Virus record (IMG/VR): IMGVR_UViG_3300031813_001387 | Length of the DNA: 64,000 bases | Strand: one strand, 5' to 3' | Origin: an uncultured virus (IMG/VR IMGVR_UViG_3300031813_001387) | Lineage: Duplodnaviria; Heunggongvirae; Uroviricota; Caudoviricetes | Shown: positions 9,583 to 18,822 of the stretch, piece by piece | Layout of the letters: the number at the start of each line of letters is the position of its first letter | Numbering within the stretch: position 1 is the first letter of the stretch | Notes under the pieces: generated by a model | What the model saw: the letters and a program-made list of their open reading frames with translations, nothing else | Database searches by the model: none | What the model was told of the DNA's origin: nothing | Position numbers and translations under genes: made by a program

Positions 9583-10002
9583 ATGGCCTACGCAACCCAG
9601 AGCGACATGGAAAAGCGCTTCAGCGTCGAAGAGATGCTGCAGCTTACCGACAGGGAAAACACCGGAGTTTTCAATAACGACGTCTTCGCCCAGGCTCAAC
9701 TGGACGGTGACGCCGAGATCGATGCCTACCTGCGCCCTCTGTACCAGCTCCCCCTTGAGGTGATCCCGACCAACCTGGTGCGTCTAGCGTGCGATGTCTA
9801 CCGCTTCTACCTCTACGGCTCCTTGGTGCCGGAATTCGTGGAGAAGCGCTATACCCAGGCCGTGAGCACCCTGAAACTGGTCATGACCGGAAAGATGGAC
9901 CTGAACCCGGATCACAACCAGTCCCCCGCGCCCGAACCGCTCATCCATGTCTCCAAGGGTGGTCCCAGCATCTTTACCGAAGACAGGCTGAGGAACTACT
10001 AG
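9583..10002 (+). CDS. Mu gp36-like head-tail connector (DUF1320)
   Basis: MAYATQSD, EIDAYL..LYQLPL, LACDVYRFYLY, RYTQAV motifs. Confidence 0.85.
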   Translation: MAYATQSDMEKRFSVEEMLQLTDRENTGVFNNDVFAQAQLDGDAEIDAYLRPLYQLPLEVIPTNLVRLACDVYRFYLYGSLVPEFVEKRYTQAVSTLKLVMTGKMDLNPDHNQSPAPEPLIHVSKGGPSIFTEDRLRNY

Positions 10003-10566
10003 ATGCTCCTCATCGATGTGGAAGATTACCTGATCGCCGAGATCAAGAAGCTGTTCGGCAGACGTCTCAAGGCGGTCGACTCGCTGCCTGGCGACTGGGA
10101 CTCCGACATGCTGAAGAGGCTCATCATCAGCGCGCCGGCGGTCTACCTGGCATTCACCGGCGGCCCGCGCATCAAGGAGCAGGATACCATCGTCGGGATC
10201 AACGGCCGCTGGTCCTTTTTCGTCATCACGGCTCATGCCAGCGGAGCCGCCGCGCGCCGGCGCGGGGACTCGGTCCAGATCGGCGCCTACGAGATCATCA
10301 GTCTCCTGGCGCCGCACTTCGACCGCCTAACCGTCCCGGACGTGGGCACCCTGGAGCTGGAGCGGGTGGAGAATCTGTACAGCGGAACTATCGACACCAA
10401 GGGCGTATCGCTGTACGCCTGCCTCTTCACCCTCCCGACCTACTTTGACGACATCCCCGACCTGAGCGTCCTGGACAACTTCGAGGAATTCCACGGCGAC
10501 TGGGACCTGGAGCCCTCCGACGGCGTCCTCGAGGCGCAGACCGACATCAATCTACCGCAGGACTAA
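10003..10566 (+). CDS. Mu gp37-like tail terminator (DUF1834)
   Basis: VDSLPGDWD, PAVYLAF, RRGD..IGAYEI; position before sheath. Confidence 0.8.
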   Translation: MLLIDVEDYLIAEIKKLFGRRLKAVDSLPGDWDSDMLKRLIISAPAVYLAFTGGPRIKEQDTIVGINGRWSFFVITAHASGAAARRRGDSVQIGAYEIISLLAPHFDRLTVPDVGTLELERVENLYSGTIDTKGVSLYACLFTLPTYFDDIPDLSVLDNFEEFHGDWDLEPSDGVLEAQTDINLPQD

Positions 10567-10576
10567 AGGAGCAATC

Positions 10577-10795
10577 ATGCCCGCATCATTTTTCATCAAG
10601 CCGTCCCGGGAGGGGCTCATCGTGCGCGACCCGGCCACCCGGCTGCCGCTCGCCGCCGAGGGGGAGGAGAAACCCAAATCGGCCTTCTGGCTGCGCCGCG
10701 AATCCGACCAGGACGTCGTGCAGTGCGACCCTCCCGGAGTCCCGGCCGCACCGGCCGCGCCGGCCAAGAAAGCAACCGGAGGTGACCAGCAATGA
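10577..10795 (+). CDS. Mu gp38-like protein (DUF2635)
   Basis: IKP..GLIVRDP...LAAEGEEKP...FWLRR...DV. Confidence 0.8.
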   Translation: MPASFFIKPSREGLIVRDPATRLPLAAEGEEKPKSAFWLRRESDQDVVQCDPPGVPAAPAAPAKKATGGDQQ

Positions 10796-12261
10796 CCGTC
10801 GCATTCAACAACATCCCCAACCAGCGGGTCCCTTTCGTGGCCATCGAGGTCGACCCCTCCCGCGCCAGCCAGGGTACCAGTCAGACACGCTATCGCGTCC
10901 TGGTGCTCGGCCAGGCCCTGGGCGGTGCCGCCGCCGTCAACACCCTGGTCCCCATCAACGTCGGAGACGAGGCGCAGGTAGCCTGGGGCAAGGGCTCCAT
11001 GATCACTGAGATGTTCCGGGCGCTGAAGAACGCGGACACCACACTGGAGACCTGGGGCTTCGCCCTGGCCGACAACGTGGCGGGTGCTGCCGCCTTAGGG
11101 GCGCTCCTCTTCACTGGCTCGGCCACTACCGCCGGCACCCTGAACCTCTATATCGCCGCCAAGCTGAACCAGACGGGGATCACCAGCGCCATGACCCCCG
11201 CCCAGCTGGCCACTGCAGTGGCCGCCGCCATCAACGCCGACGGCACCATGCCTGTCACTGCAGCGGTCGACGGGGCGAACCCCGCCAAGGTGAACCTCAC
11301 CTGCAGGTGGAAGGGGCTCACCGGCAACGACATCGATCTCCGGATCAACTACCAGATCGGCGACGCGCTGCCGGCAGGGATCAGCGTCACGATCACCGCC
11401 ATGAGCGGGGGCACCGCCAATCCCGACATTACCCCCGTCATCGCGGCCATGGCGAGCGAACAGTGGAACGCCATCATCCTGCCCTATGCCGACGCCGGCT
11501 CCATGGCGATCCTGGAAGCGGAGCTCGCCTCCCGCTGGCTGCCGACCCGCCAGATCGACGGCCTCGGCTTCACCGCATATCGCGGCACCAACTCGGCCAC
11601 CGGCACCTACGGCGCCACCCGCAACAGCTTCCTGATGGAATGCATCGGCACCAACGTCGTGCCCGACCCGCCCTACATCTGGGCGGCCGTCAACGGCATC
11701 GTCTCCGCGGCGGCGCTCGCCATCGACCCGGCGCGCCAGCTGAAGACCCTGCCGCTTCCCGGGCTGCTGCCTCCGGCCATGGGCGTGGCCTGGGACGGCC
11801 AGGAGCGCAACGTGCTCCTCTACGACGGGATCTCCACCTACACGGTCGACTCCGGAGGCACGGTCCGCATCGACCGGGCCATCACCATGAACCAGACCAA
11901 CGCGAGCGGGATTGCCAGCGAGGTCTACCTGGACATCACGACGCCCGCTCTGGTGAGCTACCTGCGCTTCTCCCTCATCGACCGGATCTCCGGCAAGTAC
12001 CCGCGCCATAAGCTGGCCGACAACGGCACCAGGTTCGGCGAGGGGCAGGCGATCGTCACGCCCAACATCCTTGCCGCGGAGCAGCTCTGCCTGGCGCGGG
12101 AGTGGGAGGAGGCGGGCCTGGTGGAGGACGTGGACCAGTTCAAGGCCGACCTGGTCGTCGAGCGCGACGCCAACAACCGCAACCGGGTGAACGCCCTCAT
12201 CCCGCCCAACCTGATCAACAACTTCATCCAGTTCGCCGGCCTCTTGCAGTTCAGGCTTTAG
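10792..12261 (+). CDS. Contractile tail sheath protein (Mu gpL-like)
   Basis: FNNIP..RVPFVAIE, DPARQLKTL, RNVLLYDGIST, YPRHKLADNG motifs. Confidence 0.93.
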   Translation: MTVAFNNIPNQRVPFVAIEVDPSRASQGTSQTRYRVLVLGQALGGAAAVNTLVPINVGDEAQVAWGKGSMITEMFRALKNADTTLETWGFALADNVAGAAALGALLFTGSATTAGTLNLYIAAKLNQTGITSAMTPAQLATAVAAAINADGTMPVTAAVDGANPAKVNLTCRWKGLTGNDIDLRINYQIGDALPAGISVTITAMSGGTANPDITPVIAAMASEQWNAIILPYADAGSMAILEAELASRWLPTRQIDGLGFTAYRGTNSATGTYGATRNSFLMECIGTNVVPDPPYIWAAVNGIVSAAALAIDPARQLKTLPLPGLLPPAMGVAWDGQERNVLLYDGISTYTVDSGGTVRIDRAITMNQTNASGIASEVYLDITTPALVSYLRFSLIDRISGKYPRHKLADNGTRFGEGQAIVTPNILAAEQLCLAREWEEAGLVEDVDQFKADLVVERDANNRNRVNALIPPNLINNFIQFAGLLQFRL

Positions 12262-12281
12262 CGACTGACAATCATTCTCCG

Positions 12282-12374
12282 TTGACACAGCAACAAATTT
12301 AGGCTACACCATGAAAGACTATTAAAGCCCCTTTCCTTCATAGGATCGGGGCTTTAATTTTTGAAGCGCTTCAA
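12282..12374 (+). promoter_or_regulatory. Promoter-like site, terminator and palindrome between sheath and tube
   Basis: TTGACA-N17-TACACC (12282-12310); hairpin ATTAAAGCCCC/GGGGCTTTAAT followed by T-run (12321-12358); palindrome TTGAAGCGCTTCAA (12361-12374). Confidence 0.5.
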
Positions 12375-12470
12375 GTATGAAACCCCGCTAGGTCCACGTA
12401 GTATCCCCCCTGTAGTTAAAAAAAACTCCCCATCGCATTTCCCTGCAACATAACCGTAGGAGACTAATCA

Positions 12471-12833
12471 ATGGCATCAAACCAGGTACTGGGGCGGGCA
12501 ACCGTCAAATTCAATGGCAGGGTCATGCTGACCGATAAGGGCGCCAAGATCAACGTCGGCGGAGTGAACCGTAAGGAAGTGGTCGGCGACCAGGTTCACG
12601 GCTATGCCGAGGAGGCGGTGGCGCCCTTCATCGACTCCGTGATCAGCATCACCAAGGACACCAGCCTGGAGGACATCCAGGCGGTCACCAACGGCACCGT
12701 GACCTTCGAGGCGGACACCGGGCAGGTGTGGGTGCTCAAAAACGCCTGGTCCTCAACTCCCCCGGAGATCACCGCAGGGGAAGGCGGCAAGGTCCCCGTC
12801 AAATGGATCGGCATGTCCTGCGAGAGGATGTAG
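12471..12833 (+). CDS. Tail tube protein (Mu gpM-like)
   Basis: 120 aa after sheath; GGVNRKEVVG..VHGYAEE, TVTFEADTG..WVLKNAW. Confidence 0.88.
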   Translation: MASNQVLGRATVKFNGRVMLTDKGAKINVGGVNRKEVVGDQVHGYAEEAVAPFIDSVISITKDTSLEDIQAVTNGTVTFEADTGQVWVLKNAWSSTPPEITAGEGGKVPVKWIGMSCERM

Positions 12834-12836
12834 TTC

Positions 12837-13184
12837 ATGGCGACCATTAAAGTCACGTTAAAGAAGGGGTTAAAGATCGGCGAGGAAGTCCACCACGAGG
12901 CGGAGATCCGGGAGGCGAGTGCCGGCGATCTGATCGACGCTACGGAGGAGAGCGAGCGCGCCGTCTTCATCGAGGGCGAGGGTTACAAGCTCCTGGTGAG
13001 CGATACCATGCTGGGGCTGCACGCACTGCGCCGGCAGATCGTACGGATCGGTGACCACCCCGGCCCGCTCACCCTTGGGGAGCTGAAGAAGCTTTCCGCC
13101 GGTGATCTGAATCTCCTGCAGGAGCGGGCAATCATGCTGGAGAACGGCTCCCTGGAGGCGATAGTGGAGCGGGGGCGAGATTAA
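12837..13184 (+). CDS. Tail assembly chaperone (Mu gp41-like)
   Basis: VTLKKGL, REASAGDLIDA, LKKLSAGDL; ends in CGG GGG CGA slippery site. Confidence 0.85.
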   Translation: MATIKVTLKKGLKIGEEVHHEAEIREASAGDLIDATEESERAVFIEGEGYKLLVSDTMLGLHALRRQIVRIGDHPGPLTLGELKKLSAGDLNLLQERAIMLENGSLEAIVERGRD

Positions 13185-13317
13185 CCGACTGAGGAGCTCG
13201 CTGCACTCGCTCATCTTTCGCCTCGCCACCTGGACACACTGGAGCGCGGCGGATATCGGCGCCATGCCACTCAGCCGGATGATCAGGTATCAGGCAAACA
13301 TTCCGAAACAGGACTAG
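13170..13317 (+). CDS. Frameshift extension of the tail chaperone (gp41.5/GT-like), -2 frame
   Basis: Alternative frame after CGGGGGCGA reads EINRLRSSLHSLIFRLATWTHWSAADIGAMPLSRMIRY... to TAG at 13315-13317. Confidence 0.75.
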
Positions 13318-13320
13318 TAA

Positions 13321-15039
13321 ATGGGCCAGCTTAAAACCTCCATGATCATCGACCTTGCAGGAAACCTGCAGGGGCAGGCTCAGAAGTACTTGAGCTCGAT
13401 GCAGCGCTTTGGCACCGGGTCCTCGCGTTCCATGCTGGCCTTCCATAAGACCGTGGAGCTGACCGGGCGCGGGCTGGACCGGCTCGGCAACCGCTATGCC
13501 GCCCTCATCACCGGGGGCGCCCTCACCCTGCAGATCAGGGAAGTCGGGGACCTCTCCGCCCGCTTCACCCAGCTGGCCATCAACGCCGGTGCCACCCTCC
13601 CCGAAATAGACAAGATCAAGGAGAAGATCTTCGAGGTCTCCCAGCTCCCCAAGATCCGGCTCAACCCCGAGGAGCTCACCAGCGCCTTCGAGGAGATCGT
13701 CTCCAAGTCCGGGGATCTGAAGTTCGCCCAGGAGAACATCGAGAACATCGCGGCGGCCATCAAGGCCACCGGCGGCTCCGGAAACGACATCGGTCAGATG
13801 ATGCTCCAGTTCCGGCTGCAGGGGATCAAGAGCCAGGAAGAAGTACTAAAGCTGATCGACCTGATCTCCGTCCTGGGCAAGCGCGGGTCCTTCATCCTCA
13901 AAGACATGGCGGGGCAGATGCCGCGCATGGTGGGCGCCATCGGCGGCGTCGGGCGCACCGGCCCGGCCGCCATGAAGGACCTGGTCGTACTGGCGCAGTA
14001 TCTCAGACCCAACATGGAGAGTCCGGAGGCGACCAGTACCGTCATTGAGAACTTCATCCGTGAGATAGCCGACCCGGTGAAAGGCAAGATCCTCAAGCGT
14101 AACGGCATCAAGGTCTGGGCAGATAAGGACCACACCAAGATGCGCCCCCTGGTCGACCTTTACAAAGAGATCTACCAGGCTTCAGGCGGCAAACGGGAAA
14201 ACCTGAGCCAGGTGTTCGAACGCGAGTCGATTCGCGCTTTCGGCCCTGCAGGGATGGAAAAGCAGCTCTACGGGAAGATGAAGACGCTCGATGAATACCT
14301 CAAAGTCGAGGCCGATGGCAGCCAGATCATCAAGGATGCCACCCTCAATGCCAAGGAATTCAACTCGGTCATGGGCGATACCAGGACAAGCTTCAAGCGC
14401 CTCGCCGATGAGCATCTGATCAGGCCGGTACGCGCTACCGCGAACTACCTGGACAAATTCGGCCCTGGAACCACCAAGAACGTCATGACCGATGTCGGCA
14501 TCGGAGTCGGCGTGGTGGGTGCCGCGGTAGTCGCCCGGAAGGCCTTCACCGTTTACCGCGATCTTTTCGGCACTGGCGCACGCGGGGGACTTGGCGGCGC
14601 GCTGGGAGGGCTGGGCGGTAAGGTGGGACCCATTCCAGTCTATGTAGTCAACAAGCACCTCTCCATGCTGCCCGGCCAAGGGTGGGGCTTCCCGGGTAAA
14701 GAGGGCGGTATGCCGATCCCGGGGGGCTCCCCCAGTAAGCTCGGCAAATTGGCGAAGCTCGGCAGGGTAGCCGGCAGAGCGTTTGCCGTAGGCGGGGCCG
14801 CTGAAGTAGGCTATTCGATCGGCACCTATGTCAACGAGAACCTGGTCGACGGCACCTCGTTCGGCAACGCGATCGGCTACGCCATCAACAAGGCGTTTGC
14901 CGCCCTGGGTAACAAGGAATCCAAGCTCGCCATCGAGATCAACAGCAAGGATGGCTCGACGGCCAAGGTCACCAGGATGGAGAGCAAGGGCATGGACCTC
15001 GAGATCGATTCGGGCCTCATGAGTGTGCATACCCCATGA
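13321..15039 (+). CDS. Tail tape measure protein
   Basis: 572 aa, Ala/Gly-rich and helical; LKTSMIIDLAGNL N-terminus; PIPVYVVN motif; position. Confidence 0.88.
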   Translation: MGQLKTSMIIDLAGNLQGQAQKYLSSMQRFGTGSSRSMLAFHKTVELTGRGLDRLGNRYAALITGGALTLQIREVGDLSARFTQLAINAGATLPEIDKIKEKIFEVSQLPKIRLNPEELTSAFEEIVSKSGDLKFAQENIENIAAAIKATGGSGNDIGQMMLQFRLQGIKSQEEVLKLIDLISVLGKRGSFILKDMAGQMPRMVGAIGGVGRTGPAAMKDLVVLAQYLRPNMESPEATSTVIENFIREIADPVKGKILKRNGIKVWADKDHTKMRPLVDLYKEIYQASGGKRENLSQVFERESIRAFGPAGMEKQLYGKMKTLDEYLKVEADGSQIIKDATLNAKEFNSVMGDTRTSFKRLADEHLIRPVRATANYLDKFGPGTTKNVMTDVGIGVGVVGAAVVARKAFTVYRDLFGTGARGGLGGALGGLGGKVGPIPVYVVNKHLSMLPGQGWGFPGKEGGMPIPGGSPSKLGKLAKLGRVAGRAFAVGGAAEVGYSIGTYVNENLVDGTSFGNAIGYAINKAFAALGNKESKLAIEINSKDGSTAKVTRMESKGMDLEIDSGLMSVHTP

Positions 15040-16232
15040 CCTGGCGCGAGCGACTACGACAAGGGAGCTACAGGAATGTCCCGTTTTTCTGGCAGTCGTC
15101 TGATACGGATATCGGTCGCAGGAATGTTCGGCATGACTACCCTCTGCGCGATGATGCGTACTTCGAAGACGTGGGCAAATGTCCGCGTGAGTTCACCCTC
15201 GAGATGTACGTCATCGGCCCCGATTACATGGCCGCTCGCGATCGCCTCATCGTCGCATTCGAGACTGCCGGCTCCGCCCCCCTGGTGCATCCCCTCTACG
15301 GCGCGCTCAAGGTCGACGTCACCGGTAAGGTCAAGGTCCGCGAGACGACCAGTGAGGGCGGCATGGCCCGCTTCACGGCGTCCTTTGCGCTATCAGGTAC
15401 CAACAAACAGCCGGGGGCCTCCGCGGACACGGCGGGCGCAGTCTCCGACAAGGCCGATGCAGCCACGGCCGCCAGCCAGGCCGCCTATGTCCGGACATTC
15501 AGCGTGGGCAAAAATCCGACCTTCGTACGTGCCTCGGCCCTCTCCAACCTGCAGAAACTGACCGACACGTTGCGCGGCGTGGCAAAGCTGATCCCGACCG
15601 ACCTGCCGAGCGCCCAGTTCTTCCACGACTTGGCAAGCTTCGAGTCTGCCTGTTCCACCCTGGTTAATGCGCCGGGCGTGCTGGCTAATAACATCATCCT
15701 GGCTATCTACGGCGCCGTGAATCTCTGCACCAACCCGGGACCGCGCTTCGGGATCTGGCAGGGGATGTTCGATTTCGGTTCCGACTGGCCCTCCACCCCG
15801 GGGAGTACTCCGAGCCGCAACCAGGTGACCGCCAACCAGGTCGCGACCATTGCGGCCGTGCGCCAGGCCGCGACGATCGGCGCCGCCGCTACTAGTTCAG
15901 AGATGGACTTCGCCTCGCTACAGGACGCGCTCGCCATACGGGACATCGTGACCGGGCAGCTCGAGATCCAGATGGATACCTGCAGCGACGACACGCTCTA
16001 TACGGCGCTCGCGGATCTACGCGCCGCCGTAGTTCGAGACATAGCGGTTCGGGGTGCCGACCTGGCACTGATCGTGCCCTACACGCCCCTTGTGACAGTG
16101 CCCGCCCTGGTGCTGGCGCACCGGCTTTATGGCGACGCTACCCGGGCGGACGACATCATCACCCGCAACCAGGTCCGCAACCCCGAGTTCATCCCGGGCG
16201 GGCGCCCCCTGGAGGTGCTGACCAATGCCTGA
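15036..16232 (+). CDS. DNA circularisation/tail protein (Mu gpN-like)
   Basis: WRERLRQGSYRNVPF, LVHPLYG, PALVLAHRLYGDATRADDI..RNQVRNP. Confidence 0.88.
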   Translation: MTWRERLRQGSYRNVPFFWQSSDTDIGRRNVRHDYPLRDDAYFEDVGKCPREFTLEMYVIGPDYMAARDRLIVAFETAGSAPLVHPLYGALKVDVTGKVKVRETTSEGGMARFTASFALSGTNKQPGASADTAGAVSDKADAATAASQAAYVRTFSVGKNPTFVRASALSNLQKLTDTLRGVAKLIPTDLPSAQFFHDLASFESACSTLVNAPGVLANNIILAIYGAVNLCTNPGPRFGIWQGMFDFGSDWPSTPGSTPSRNQVTANQVATIAAVRQAATIGAAATSSEMDFASLQDALAIRDIVTGQLEIQMDTCSDDTLYTALADLRAAVVRDIAVRGADLALIVPYTPLVTVPALVLAHRLYGDATRADDIITRNQVRNPEFIPGGRPLEVLTNA

Positions 16233-17346
16233 TGTCACCCTGCAGGTAAACGGCGTCAATTATGGCGGCTGGCAGTCCGTGGGCATCACCCTTGGCATGG
16301 AGCAGATCGCGGGGAACTTCGAGCTGACGACCACCGAGCGCTGGCCGGCCCAGCCCGAAGCATGGCGCATAAACCCCGGCGACGCCTGCAAGCTCCTGGT
16401 GGGTTCCACCCAGGTGATCAGCGGCTACGTGGATGACTTCGCGCCAAGCTATGACAAGGAGTCCCATACCATCAAGATCACCGGTCGCGATAAGACCGGC
16501 GACCTGGTGGACTGCGCGGCCGTGCACAAGTCCGGAGAATGGCATAACGCGAGCCTTACCAGGATCGCTACCGACCTCTGCGTACCCTTCGGGATCAAGG
16601 TCGTGGCGGTGATCAATGTCGGCAAGCCTTTCAGCAGCTTCGCTATCTGGCATGGAGAGACCGCCTTCGAGTGTCTGGACCGCGCCGCCCGTATGCGCGG
16701 AGTGCTCCTGGTATCGGATGGCAAGGGTAATCTTCTACTTACCCGCACCGGTACCAACCGGATAGCCACCGCCCTGGTGAAGGGAGTGAACATCGAGAGC
16801 GCCAGCGGGCAGTTCAGCTGGAAAGACCGTTTCAGCCAATACGTCGTCAAGGGCCAGACGGCAATGGGTAAAGGGACCTGGGAGCACCCCGTGGCGGGAG
16901 AAGCGGCGGCTGATGAGGAGCCTAAACACTTCTTTCAGACCAAGGCCTCAGTTCCCGACAAGTCAATTACCCGGTACCGTCCGCACGTCACCATCGCCTA
17001 CCAGGGCGACGGCAGCACCTATATGGACCGCGCCACCTGGGAGCGCAACATCAGGGTCGGCAAGGGGAACCGGGTCAGCTACACCGTGACCGGCTGGGAA
17101 CATGCCGCCGGGCTTTGGCTGCCCAACAACTTGGTCCAGGTCCAGGACGATTACATGGGCTACACCGGGGATCTTCTCATCTCCCAGGTGCGCTTGACGC
17201 TCAGCGAGCAAAGCGGCAGCCAGGCACAGATGGACCTTTGCCTGCCGGAAGCCTTCGAGCTGATCAACCTCCCGGACAAGCACCGGCGCCATGATAAGAA
17301 GGAGGCCGCCAGATGGAACACATCATCCGCGCCTTCAACAAACTGA
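16225..17346 (+). CDS. Baseplate hub protein (Mu gp44/gpP-like)
   Basis: YGGWQSV, GRDKTGDLVDC, GETAFECLDR, RFSQYVVKGQ. Confidence 0.88.
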   Translation: MPDVTLQVNGVNYGGWQSVGITLGMEQIAGNFELTTTERWPAQPEAWRINPGDACKLLVGSTQVISGYVDDFAPSYDKESHTIKITGRDKTGDLVDCAAVHKSGEWHNASLTRIATDLCVPFGIKVVAVINVGKPFSSFAIWHGETAFECLDRAARMRGVLLVSDGKGNLLLTRTGTNRIATALVKGVNIESASGQFSWKDRFSQYVVKGQTAMGKGTWEHPVAGEAAADEEPKHFFQTKASVPDKSITRYRPHVTIAYQGDGSTYMDRATWERNIRVGKGNRVSYTVTGWEHAAGLWLPNNLVQVQDDYMGYTGDLLISQVRLTLSEQSGSQAQMDLCLPEAFELINLPDKHRRHDKKEAARWNTSSAPSTN

Positions 17347-17819
17347 TCGCTCCCTATGCCCGCGCCCTGCGCCTGATGGTAGGTCGCGCCGTGGTCAGCC
17401 TGATCGACGACTCCGCGCCGATCCAGCGCGTCCAGGTTACCATCCTGGCCGATGAGACCCACGGCTCCGTTGAGCGCATCCAGAACTACGGTCTCACTTC
17501 CCGTCCTTTCCAGGGAGCTCAGGCGGTCACGCTGTCGGTCTCCGGCAACCGCGATCATCTGGTCATCGTCGCCCTGGACGATGGGCGCTACCGGCCTCGC
17601 GACCTGGCCGAGGGGGAGTCGGCGCTCTACAACCATGTCGGGACCCGAATCATCTGCCGGGCCGACAACACCGCCGAGGTGCAGGCCGTCAAGCTGTTCA
17701 CTGAGAATGAAGTCGAGGCGGCCATCGTTACTGTTACCAATGGCGCTAATGGCATCCTTATCGATGCCACCGGGAAATCTTTTACAGTAGTAAACGGCAG
17801 CATAGTCAGCATTGATTGA
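17313..17819 (+). CDS. Baseplate spike protein (Mu gp45-like)
   Basis: VERIQNYGLTSRP, GNRDH, DDGRYRP..LAEGESALY. Confidence 0.88.
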   Translation: MEHIIRAFNKLIAPYARALRLMVGRAVVSLIDDSAPIQRVQVTILADETHGSVERIQNYGLTSRPFQGAQAVTLSVSGNRDHLVIVALDDGRYRPRDLAEGESALYNHVGTRIICRADNTAEVQAVKLFTENEVEAAIVTVTNGANGILIDATGKSFTVVNGSIVSID

Positions 17820-18046
17820 GGATCAACAGAATGGACTGCATCATTTTTCTTTCCGGGTTGAGCATGGGCTTGGCTTTCAGCTTGATTGTAGTTGCAGCAG
17901 TTCGGAGATATCAAAAAGCGCCAGAACCAGCGGCGCGTAAAGCGTTAAGACTGATCTCAGTAGAATTAAGAGGATACCAGCTAAGCGGGTTAGGTCAGAG
18001 GATTCAAGCTCTTACCGAACAAGGGCTCAAAGACTCAGAGGTGTAG
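17816..18046 (+). CDS. Small single-TM hypothetical protein
   Basis: Hydrophobic N-terminal stretch; fills the gap between gp45 and the next gene; start uncertain. Confidence 0.45.
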   Translation: MRINRMDCIIFLSGLSMGLAFSLIVVAAVRRYQKAPEPAARKALRLISVELRGYQLSGLGQRIQALTEQGLKDSEV

Positions 18047-18047
18047 C

Positions 18048-18374
18048 ATGGCAGATAAAGATTTTTTCGATGCGATCGAGCGGAAGATAGACGCTATTCA
18101 TACACCGGATATGCTGGTGACGTTCAAGGCCCAGGTGCTAGATCAGCTCGGTAATATGAAGAAGTTCGCCCAGGATCAGATGACGAGCCTGGAGCCGCTG
18201 ATGGACCCGCCCGCGACCCTGCCTCAGATGGTCCTCTGGGCCAAGGCCGTCATCGATACCTACGTTAAGCCCTTTCAGACGCTTCTTGCCAAGATCGACC
18301 TTTACACCGAGCGCATTGCCCGTATCGAGACCAAGCTGGCAGCCAAGGCTTCCGAGCTCTCCGGAGGGAAGTAA
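18048..18374 (+). CDS. Hypothetical helical protein
   Basis: GAGGTG RBS; 108 aa; phage-like codon usage. Confidence 0.65.
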   Translation: MADKDFFDAIERKIDAIHTPDMLVTFKAQVLDQLGNMKKFAQDQMTSLEPLMDPPATLPQMVLWAKAVIDTYVKPFQTLLAKIDLYTERIARIETKLAAKASELSGGK

Positions 18375-18375
18375 C

Positions 18376-18822
18376 GTGGCAGACATCCGGACCTTTTGGC
18401 TGGACGGTACCGGACAATGGCAGATGGCCGGTCCGGGACTCGCCGAAGATAACGGTTTTGAGACCGCGGTTCTCATCTCCCTCTTCACCGATCGGCGCGC
18501 CGATCCCGACGACGTACTGCCCGATAACGGCTCAGATCGGCGCGGCTGGTGGGCCGATGCCTTCCCCGCGGTCGACGGAGATCTGATCGGCTCACGGCTT
18601 TGGCTGCTCTCCCGGGAAAAGCAGCTCCCGGAGGCCCTCAGCAGGGCCAAGGAATACGCCGAGGAAGCGCTCGCCTGGATGATCGAGGATGGCGTAGCCG
18701 ACAGCATTACGGCAACCGCGGTAAAGGCGCGGGAAGGGATGATCGGCTTGACTGTGCAGATTAACCGGCCCACCGGAGATCCGGCGCGCTTTCGTTTCGA
18801 ACTGTTTTGGATGGGGGTTTAA
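18376..18822 (+). CDS. Baseplate protein (Mu gp46-like)
   Basis: GTG start at 18376; TAVLISLFTDRRA, RRGWWAD, GSRLWLLSREK. Confidence 0.9.
   Translation: MADIRTFWLDGTGQWQMAGPGLAEDNGFETAVLISLFTDRRADPDDVLPDNGSDRRGWWADAFPAVDGDLIGSRLWLLSREKQLPEALSRAKEYAEEALAWMIEDGVADSITATAVKAREGMIGLTVQINRPTGDPARFRFELFWMGV

Noticed and set aside
17816..18374. Two small genes as a holin/spanin lysis cassette
   Set aside because: No endolysin or lipoprotein spanin motif nearby; one TM helix is not enough evidence.
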